From: Gemmatimonas sp.
Lineage (GTDB): Bacteria; Gemmatimonadota; Gemmatimonadetes; Gemmatimonadales; Gemmatimonadaceae
DNA: 64,000 bases
Reading direction: 5' to 3'
Assembly: GCA_031414535.1 (NCBI GenBank)
Contig: JANNVQ010000043.1
Coordinates: 1 to 64,000 of the forward strand
Below the pieces are notes generated by a model, which saw only the letters and a list, made by a program, of their open reading frames with translations, made no database searches and was not told the origin of the DNA. Positions 57,706 to 64,000 of the stretch are shown here, one piece after another; the first letter of the stretch is position 1; each line of letters opens with the position of its first letter. Position numbers and translations under genes: made by a program.

Positions 57706-58474
57706 GTCGAAGCCCGCTGTTACGGCCGCCGAGATCCGCACCGCGCTCGAGGTCCGGTATCCCGGACCCGAGTGGCACGTCGAGCACGAGCTCACGCTCG
57801 AGGGCCGCCGGCTCGACGTCGTCGCGTTCAATCGCTGGGGCGCTCGCGCGTACCGCACCGTGGGATTCGAGATCAAGGTGAGCCAGGCCGACTACCGTCG
57901 CGAGCTCGAGGACTTCCGCAAGTCCGAGATCTGGACGCACGTCGTGGATCAGTTCTTCATCGTCGCGCCGGGCAAGCTCATCGACCCGGACACGCTGCCG
58001 AAGGGCTGGGGCCTGCTCGAGTTGCGCGGTGAGCGGATGTTCACGAAGGCCCAGGCGGCGATCGGCAGCTCGAAGACCCTCCCGCGCGAGCTCGCGGCAC
58101 GGATGATCGACCGCCTGTACAAGCAGATGGAGAACGTGCGCCGCGAGGCGTCCACGACGCAGTACTTGGCGAGGGAGCAGATGCGCCAGGAGCTGCGGCA
58201 ACAGTTGGCAGCCGAGGCCGAGCGCAACGGCGACGCCCTGGCCGCGAAGGCGGCGCGCTTTGATGCGCTGCTGCAGGAGTTCGGGCTCGCGCACGCGTGG
58301 GAGCCGGAGCAGAAGCTGGTGGCCGCGATGCGCTTTCTCCGCGACGAGCGCGTCCCCGATCTCCTCGAGAACATCGGCGTGCAGCTCGACCGCGACAACG
58401 CCGAGCTGCAGGCCAAGCGCTCGACATTCAAACAGGCGCGCGAGCACATCGCGGCGCTGAGGAACCCTACGTAA
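57695..58474 (+). CDS. MmcB-like PD-(D/E)xK nuclease with a coiled-coil tail
   Basis: RRLDVVA, GFEIKVSQADY, FFIVAP and LPKGWGLL. Confidence 0.75.
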   Translation: MPAESKPAVTAAEIRTALEVRYPGPEWHVEHELTLEGRRLDVVAFNRWGARAYRTVGFEIKVSQADYRRELEDFRKSEIWTHVVDQFFIVAPGKLIDPDTLPKGWGLLELRGERMFTKAQAAIGSSKTLPRELAARMIDRLYKQMENVRREASTTQYLAREQMRQELRQQLAAEAERNGDALAAKAARFDALLQEFGLAHAWEPEQKLVAAMRFLRDERVPDLLENIGVQLDRDNAELQAKRSTFKQAREHIAALRNPT

Positions 58475-59556
58475 TGCCAGGACTCTGCATCATTCCGTCG
58501 CGCGCCCTCGATGACGAGGAGTGCCGCGGCGCCCGCATGACCGCGCTCCTCGCGATCGGCACGTACACGAGCCGCGATGGCAGTGGCGTGTGGGCGGCCA
58601 ACGAGACCATCGCCGAGCGCGCCAAGCTCGATGAGCGTGACTACCGCCGGGCCGTCGCGTGGCTGGTGGAGCGCGGGTATGTTCGCAAGCGGACCCGCTA
58701 CAAGCAGAGCGGGGCGCAGGACACCAACCTGCTGCAGATCGTGCTCGATGAGCCCGATGAACCCGCGCTGCCATTGGCGATTCAGGGGGGAGGGGGAATC
58801 TCCCCCACCCCCCCAGAGGGGGAGGGGTCCAGCCCCCCACCCCGGGAGGGGTCCAGCACCCCACCCCGGGAGGGGTCCAGCCCCCCACCACGGGGAGGGG
58901 TGGAGCACCCCACCAAACGTACCCCTCTGAACGTCCCCTCTGAACATCCCCGTGTTGCGGCGGCGGCTGGGGCAAAGCCACGCACCCCGCTCCAGCAACT
59001 GGCCGCGGCCGCGAACCGGGCGTTCGACGAGCGCTTCGGGACCGACCGCCAACCGATCGTCAGCAACACGGCCACGAACCTCCTGGAGGCCATCACGCAG
59101 CGCGGCATCCCGCTCGAGTGGGCGGTGCAGGCCGTGTACGAGGCGGCGCTGAAGAGCGAGATCACCCCGCGCTCGGTGCAGTACTTCACGGCGGGTGTGT
59201 TGGAACGCTGGGAGCGGGAGCAGGCGCGCAGCGATGCGCAGGCGTTCGTGCCGGCGGCGGTCCCCGGCGTGGTGCCGCGCATGGCGACCGGCTGGTCCGC
59301 CGGGCGGCAGGCGTTCTGGGATCTGTGCGTGACGGGCGGCCTCGCCGCGGGCATGCAGAGCCGCGACACCATCGCGGAGCGGGTGCAGGTGCTGCACCGC
59401 GACGGGCGGGTGAGTGATCCGGCGCCGTTCCTCGCGCTCGTGCTGCACGTGAAGCCGTGGAAGCTCGCGGAGATCAAGTTCGTGAAGGAGCGCGATGAGC
59501 GCTTGGCGGCGGCGCTGGCCTCGTTCACCGCGCCAGCGGCGCAGGAGGTCGCATGA
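58474..59556 (+). CDS. Phage replication initiator (N-terminal wHTH)
   Basis: WAANETIAERAKLDERDYRRAVAWLVERGYV; internal iterons; directly upstream of dnaB. Confidence 0.8.
   Translation: MPGLCIIPSRALDDEECRGARMTALLAIGTYTSRDGSGVWAANETIAERAKLDERDYRRAVAWLVERGYVRKRTRYKQSGAQDTNLLQIVLDEPDEPALPLAIQGGGGISPTPPEGEGSSPPPREGSSTPPREGSSPPPRGGVEHPTKRTPLNVPSEHPRVAAAAGAKPRTPLQQLAAAANRAFDERFGTDRQPIVSNTATNLLEAITQRGIPLEWAVQAVYEAALKSEITPRSVQYFTAGVLERWEREQARSDAQAFVPAAVPGVVPRMATGWSAGRQAFWDLCVTGGLAAGMQSRDTIAERVQVLHRDGRVSDPAPFLALVLHVKPWKLAEIKFVKERDERLAAALASFTAPAAQEVA
58820..58914 (+). repeat. Iterons: three near-identical 24-bp repeats GGGAGGGGTCCAGC(C/A)CCCCACC plus a degenerate fourth (phage ori)
   Basis: Tandem repeats inside the initiator gene, as in lambda O. 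Confidence 0.75.
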
Positions 59557-61040
59557 CGCAACCCGTTGCCACGCAAAGTTCTTCACGCCCTGACGTTTCG
59601 CGTGGAACGGCGAGCGTGCTCGTGAATGACGACGCCGAGCGGGCGGTGCTCGGGGCGGTGCTCCTCGCCGGGTCCAGCGACAAGTGGCGCATGGCCACCG
59701 AGGTCGCGAACGTGCTGTCGGCGGACATGTTCGGCCGCGGGGCCCATCGCGCGCTCTACGAGGCCATGGAGGCCCTGCGCAGCAACCGCGTCGTCATCGA
59801 TCCGGTGACGCTGGCCCATCAGCTCGAGGCGAATGGGACGCTGAAGCAAGCGGGCGGGCGCGAGTTCATCGCCGAGCTGCTCGACGAGATCCCGACGGCC
59901 GCGAACGTGCTCTACCACGCGGACATCGTCCGGCTCTGCTGGAAGCGGCGCGAGGTGCAGGCCTTGGGCCAGCGCATCGCCGCCATGGCCACCGACCCCG
60001 CCATCGCCATCGAGGACGTGTTCAGTTGGGCCAGCAAGAGCCTCGCCCCGTTGGCCGCCGGCAAGGGCGAGGGCGGCTTCCAGCGCATCAAGGAGGGGCT
60101 CTGGGCCGCGATGGAGCGCATTGAGCAGCGGAAGGCGGGCGAGGCGGTCGCGCTCGTGCCCACGTACCTGCCGGAGCTGGATGCGAAGTTGAGCGGCGGC
60201 GTGGAGCGCGGCGAGCTCGTCATCGTCGGCGGCGTGCCGAGCTGCGGGAAGACGACGCTGGTGTGGAACTGGCTGCGCGAACTGGCGATCAGCGGCGCCG
60301 GGGCCACGGCCTTCGTCTCCGCCGAGATGTCGCGCGGCATGCTCATCGAGTCGGCGCTCTCCTCCGAGGCCGAGGTCGCGCGCGGCAACCTCAAGTCCGG
60401 CAAGCTCACGGACGACGAGCTGAGCCGTATCGTCGGCGCCGCGGCGCGCCTGCTCAACCAGGACATCTACATCGACGACACCGTGATGCCCGGCATCGCG
60501 GACGTCGAGAACCGGTGCCGCCTGCTCAAGGTGAAGGAGCCGGGCCTCGTCGCCATCGGCGTCGACTTCATCCAGCTCCTGCAGGCGGACAAGACGCGGG
60601 CCAGCGAGCTCCGGGCGGAGCAGCTGACGCAGATCGTGTACCGCCTGAAGGCCATCGCCCTCGAGCTCAACGTCGTCGTGGTGGCGCTCGCGCAGCCGAA
60701 CGACAAGCAGATCGAGGACCGCGACGACAAGCGCCCGCAGCTACGGGACCTGCAGGGCTCCTCGGGCATGCGCCAGGCCGCCGACCACATGTGGCTGCTC
60801 TACCGGCCGCACATGTACGACGCGGACGCGGCCGACACCATCGAGATCAACCTCGCGAAGCAGAAGTCCGGCGCGACCGGTACCGCCATCCTCGAGTGGG
60901 ACGGCCCGCGCCTGCGCGTGGTCTCACCGGAGGAGAAGCGCCTGAAGGCCCACCAAGCGCAGGTGCAGCTCGAGCAGCGCCGCGCGGCGGAGCAACCCCA
61001 GTCACTCTCTCTCGTGCGAGGTGGCCATGCGGACGCTTGA
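59553..61040 (+). CDS. Phage DnaB-like replicative helicase
   Basis: AERAVLGAVL, PSCGKTT, SAEM, VDFIQLL, LAQ and RPQLRDL. Confidence 0.92.
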   Translation: MTQPVATQSSSRPDVSRGTASVLVNDDAERAVLGAVLLAGSSDKWRMATEVANVLSADMFGRGAHRALYEAMEALRSNRVVIDPVTLAHQLEANGTLKQAGGREFIAELLDEIPTAANVLYHADIVRLCWKRREVQALGQRIAAMATDPAIAIEDVFSWASKSLAPLAAGKGEGGFQRIKEGLWAAMERIEQRKAGEAVALVPTYLPELDAKLSGGVERGELVIVGGVPSCGKTTLVWNWLRELAISGAGATAFVSAEMSRGMLIESALSSEAEVARGNLKSGKLTDDELSRIVGAAARLLNQDIYIDDTVMPGIADVENRCRLLKVKEPGLVAIGVDFIQLLQADKTRASELRAEQLTQIVYRLKAIALELNVVVVALAQPNDKQIEDRDDKRPQLRDLQGSSGMRQAADHMWLLYRPHMYDADAADTIEINLAKQKSGATGTAILEWDGPRLRVVSPEEKRLKAHQAQVQLEQRRAAEQPQSLSLVRGGHADA

Positions 61041-61293
61041 GCAGACCATCGAGGCCCTGCGGCAACCCGGCATCCCCGCGCAGGCGACCGTCGCCTTCGC
61101 GTTCAGCAACGGCGTCGCGAACCAGCAGAAGCTGACCACCATCACCCTGCAGGAACTGCGCGCCCTGGCCGCGGCGGCCAGTCCCCGCGCCGCGGAGATC
61201 CTCGGCCGCGTGACCTGCTCCCTGTGTAAGGCGGACGTCCGCATCGGCGAACGCCACGACTGCCCGCGCCGGAGGCGCCCCGACCATGGCTGA
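61027..61293 (+). CDS. Phage hypothetical protein with a C-terminal Zn knuckle
   Basis: GAGG RBS; CSLC...HDC. Confidence 0.55.
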   Translation: MRTLEQTIEALRQPGIPAQATVAFAFSNGVANQQKLTTITLQELRALAAAASPRAAEILGRVTCSLCKADVRIGERHDCPRRRRPDHG

Positions 61294-62320
61294 GCTGCTC
61301 GACTGGAAGATGAAGTGCACGAAGCGGGAGGTGTGCGCCGCGCCCTGCGGGACCTGTGGCGGCGCGCCGCCGGCGCGAACGGCCCGCGTGCGCCTCGGCG
61401 ACGCGCAGCGGCCCACGCAGGTGGAGTGCGGGCCCGGCGTGACGTTCCTCGGCGTGTCGGCGACTGGCGGCCTGATGTTCAGTGCTGCTCAGCAGTCGGA
61501 CCATACGGGAAAGTTCTCGCATAGCGGCGGGCGGGTGACAGATGGCGCCTCCTCGACGCCACCGGAGCAGGGGGCACGAGACTCGGCGGAGGGCATCGAA
61601 GCAATTGCGCGACACATCATCGCGACCAACGACCTGCCGGAAGGGTTCGCGGACGCCGTTGCGCTGGCCCGCGCCTACCTCGCGCTCGCCCGCGTTGCGC
61701 CACAGGGGGAGACGCCGAGCGAGTTGATGAAGGAGTTGGGCGAAGCTCTGGCCGAGGTGACGCGCTTGAGTGAGCGCCTTCGGCAAGTCTGTGAGACACT
61801 CGTTGCCGAGGTCGGCGCGTCTGGTCCGTGCGATGCAGAAGATGCGGCAGAGCGAATCGTCGCCGAGATTCAACGCCTCCGCGCCACCCCGCCAGCCGCC
61901 GAGACGGGGGAGCCGTGTGAACACGTGTGGCTGGGACTCATCGGCGGCGCTCGATGTGTTGTGTGCGGCAAGCAGGTCGCGCTCCACGAGAGCATTTGCA
62001 AGGCGATTGCGATGACCTACGCCCATCTTGCCGCGCCCGCCCCACGGGAAGTCAGCGAGGCGATGGTCACGAAGTACACGATTGGCGACACGGACAACCG
62101 CGACACCTTGCACTCGCTCATTCACGTTGAGTACGCGGGGCACGGACGCTGGGCGGTACGGCGCAACGGGTTGTGTCTTGGCACCGATGGTGAATGGGAC
62201 TTTGAGCCGCTGCCGTCCTCACGCGATGACGAGTGGCTGGCGCGATACCGATACGCTGATGCGCAAGCAGCGATTGCCGCGGCTCGTGCCCAGCAGTCGG
62301 AGGTGGCTTCGAATGGCTAA
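61286..62320 (+). CDS. Phage mosaic hypothetical protein
   Basis: Long ORF overlapping both neighbours; Cys motifs and a coiled coil. Confidence 0.55.
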   Translation: MAELLDWKMKCTKREVCAAPCGTCGGAPPARTARVRLGDAQRPTQVECGPGVTFLGVSATGGLMFSAAQQSDHTGKFSHSGGRVTDGASSTPPEQGARDSAEGIEAIARHIIATNDLPEGFADAVALARAYLALARVAPQGETPSELMKELGEALAEVTRLSERLRQVCETLVAEVGASGPCDAEDAAERIVAEIQRLRATPPAAETGEPCEHVWLGLIGGARCVVCGKQVALHESICKAIAMTYAHLAAPAPREVSEAMVTKYTIGDTDNRDTLHSLIHVEYAGHGRWAVRRNGLCLGTDGEWDFEPLPSSRDDEWLARYRYADAQAAIAAARAQQSEVASNG

Positions 62321-62495
62321 CCCGATCCCCTGCTGGTGCGGCCACCAGAAGAACGTGCACATCAAGCGGCTGAACGGTGCCTGTGAGGGCTGCGGGTGCC
62401 ACAAGTACCGCGCGCAGCGTGCCAAGCCCGCTGAGGCATCTGGGCGCAGCGACGACCGACGCGAGAGCGATCGGCATCCGCCGAGGCCGCTATGA
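62313..62495 (+). CDS. Small Cys/His-rich phage protein
   Basis: GGAGG RBS; CWCGH....H.......CEGCGC. Confidence 0.6.
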   Translation: MANPIPCWCGHQKNVHIKRLNGACEGCGCHKYRAQRAKPAEASGRSDDRRESDRHPPRPL

Positions 62496-62940
62496 GCACT
62501 CGCGCGATGGTGCAGGACATCGAGTGGCTCACCTACGGCCACGTGGGCATCAGCTCGAAGGTGATTTGGTGCGTGATGAACGACCTGCGGCCAGAGAGTG
62601 ATCCGTTCGGCGGCTATCCGCACGACCCAGATGACTTCTCGCGTTGCTACCTGCTCCTGCAGCGCAATCCGCTGTGGAGGCTGCAGATACACAAGCTCGC
62701 TCCCCTGCGGCGTGAGTGGGCCGCGCTTGTCGAGCATTGGGACGAGCTAGAGCAGATGTTCCTCGCGTGTTTCGGGGGCGAGTTCACGGCGCAGGATTAC
62801 CGCGGCACGAAGCCGTACAACAAGGCCGCTGGGCTCGCGATGTACGAACGCATGAAGGAGATCGAGACGGCGTCTCGTAAGCGAGTCGCGTCGCAATCGG
62901 ACGACCGACGCGAGAGCGATCGGCATCCGCCGAGGCCGCT
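62451..62940 (+). repeat. 41-bp perfect direct repeat (62451-62491 and 62900-62940)
   Basis: GACGACCGACGCGAGAGCGATCGGCATCCGCCGAGGCCGCT, followed by ATGA in the first copy and GTGA in the second. Confidence 0.9.
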
Positions 62941-62944
62941 GTGA
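62492..62944 (+). CDS. Phage hypothetical protein (PHDPDDFSRC motif)
   Basis: GISSK...YPHDPDDFSRC...WDELE; bounded by the 41-bp repeats. Confidence 0.65.
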   Translation: MSTRAMVQDIEWLTYGHVGISSKVIWCVMNDLRPESDPFGGYPHDPDDFSRCYLLLQRNPLWRLQIHKLAPLRREWAALVEHWDELEQMFLACFGGEFTAQDYRGTKPYNKAAGLAMYERMKEIETASRKRVASQSDDRRESDRHPPRPL

Positions 62945-63372
62945 AGGTCAACGGCATCGAGCTCGGCCCGAACTCCCCGGCCCGCGGCCTGCGCACCTGC
63001 AGGAGCGAGAGCGCCGAGGAGCAGTTGTGCGACGATCTGGTCGCGAGCATCGCGGGCATCGCCGGCGTGGTGAAGTTCTCGCAAGCGCAGGTGGCGCAGC
63101 AGACGCGCGGCATCAGCGATCGCCGCTATCGCGCGCTCGGGCATGCCTTCTGGTTCGAGGTGAAGGCCGAGGACGGCAAGCTCACAGAGTCACAGCATCG
63201 ATTCCTCGAGGCCGAGCTGGACTATGGCAACCTCGCCTGCTGTGGCACCCTGGACGACCTGCGGGACCTGCTCGCCTACATCCGCACGGCGGGATCCGAA
63301 CCTCACACCTGGTGTCGCCTGCGCGTGCAGCGCTGGGCGGCCAAGGGCTACCGCAAGGAGCGTGTGAAATGA
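62941..63372 (+). CDS. VRR-NUC domain nuclease
   Basis: GISD, FWFEVKAEDGKLTESQHRF. Confidence 0.8.
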   Translation: MKVNGIELGPNSPARGLRTCRSESAEEQLCDDLVASIAGIAGVVKFSQAQVAQQTRGISDRRYRALGHAFWFEVKAEDGKLTESQHRFLEAELDYGNLACCGTLDDLRDLLAYIRTAGSEPHTWCRLRVQRWAAKGYRKERVK

Positions 63373-64000
63373 AAGTACGATTCGATGCGAGGGCCAGCGT
63401 GGCCAGCCTCACCAAGGACTTCGGCGAACTGCAGAACAAGCAGTTGCCGTGGGCCATGAAGTGGGCCGCAAACGCGACGGTCGAGGATGCTGGTGATAAG
63501 GTGCTGACGCGCATGAAGGCCATCTTGCCAGGGTCGGCCCGAGGCCGCGCGTGGATCCACCAGCACCTGAAGGTCATGCGGCACGGCTCACGGCTGTCGC
63601 GTGAGCATGGGAACGGCGGGGCGGCGCTCGGCATCATCCCGCCGGGTGGTGTGAAGCTGGCCGGGTGGGAGCGGTACCGCGGCTCGCTCATCGCCATGAT
63701 GGAGAACGGTGGACTGACGCCCGGTCCGAAGCGATTCGGCGGGCGCGCGAGCGGTGGCGCGAGTGACTTCGGTCGCTACGCCATTCCCATCCGGCGGCGC
63801 GGCACGTTCTCGCCTTACCCGCTGCAGCTGTATCCCATCAACCTCGGGCTCAGCTCCCGCACCGGCATCACGCGGCGCACGGTAGGTGGAGCGCTGCGCG
63901 GCAAGGAACGCACGTTCCTCGTGCCGATCAAGAACAGTCCCGGCAACTCGATGGTGTTCCAGCGCTACGGCAAGGAGCGCGACGCCGCGTCGCCGCTCTT
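63369..64000 (+). CDS. Phage protein, gpZ/tail-completion-like, truncated by the window end
   Basis: ATGA overlap; open to the window edge; MKVRFDA...KQLPWAMKWAANAT. Confidence 0.5.
   Translation, partial: MKVRFDARASVASLTKDFGELQNKQLPWAMKWAANATVEDAGDKVLTRMKAILPGSARGRAWIHQHLKVMRHGSRLSREHGNGGAALGIIPPGGVKLAGWERYRGSLIAMMENGGLTPGPKRFGGRASGGASDFGRYAIPIRRRGTFSPYPLQLYPINLGLSSRTGITRRTVGGALRGKERTFLVPIKNSPGNSMVFQRYGKERDAASPL

Larger units (their letters stand above)
54310..64000 (+). mobile_element. Prophage (left end; continues beyond the window)
   Basis: tRNA-derived att, arm-type repeats, co-oriented short overlapping ORFs, initiator plus DnaB, MmcB-like and VRR-NUC genes. Confidence 0.88.

Noticed and set aside
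58820..58914. Possible CRISPR array
   Set aside because: The repeats are contiguous with no unique spacers, lie in frame inside a gene, and no cas genes are present; iterons explain them better

Overview
This is a high-GC bacterial chromosome segment. Gene order and protein style suggest Gemmatimonadota, which is my inference rather than a database result. Positions 1-54.2 kb are host DNA, in this order: a small arsenic locus (metallophosphoesterase-arsR / acr3); a phosphate-starvation and nucleotide-scavenging region (ppx, pstS, two lipoproteins, a TonB-dependent receptor, udk-phoB-phoR, a two-module 5'-nucleotidase, add, purine nucleoside phosphorylase) with Pho-box-like sites; M48 peptidase, TrmH, pilD, DUF445 and a SET protein; a SigZ-type ECF sigma factor followed by an unannotated 28-aa, 7-Cys peptide; lon; five tandem paralogous lipoproteins; ffh-rpsP-rimM-trmD-rplS-rnhB; an SLC13/HutG/AbgT operon; tRNA-Lys; a two-gene unit behind a CsoR-type operator; asparaginase; a two-component pair; a GT4/phosphodiesterase/PAP2/GT4 cluster; an MltD-like gene; moaC, holB, purKE, DUF1697 and an SDR. 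A prophage starts at about 54.3 kb at the 3' half of a tRNA-Asn (att site with arm-type repeats). It carries Zn-finger ORFs, an MmcB-like nuclease, an initiator with internal iterons, DnaB and VRR-NUC, and runs off the right edge. The two best candidates for undescribed systems are (1) a probable copper-responsive unit: CsoR box, a leaderless Cys/His/polyPro secreted peptide, and an outer-membrane barrel fused to a His-rich helical domain (38.0-40.3 kb); and (2) SigZ plus a metallothionein-like peptide, each behind a TGCGTC-N16-CGTC promoter-like motif (24.2-25.0 kb). All product calls come from motif recognition; no searches were run.
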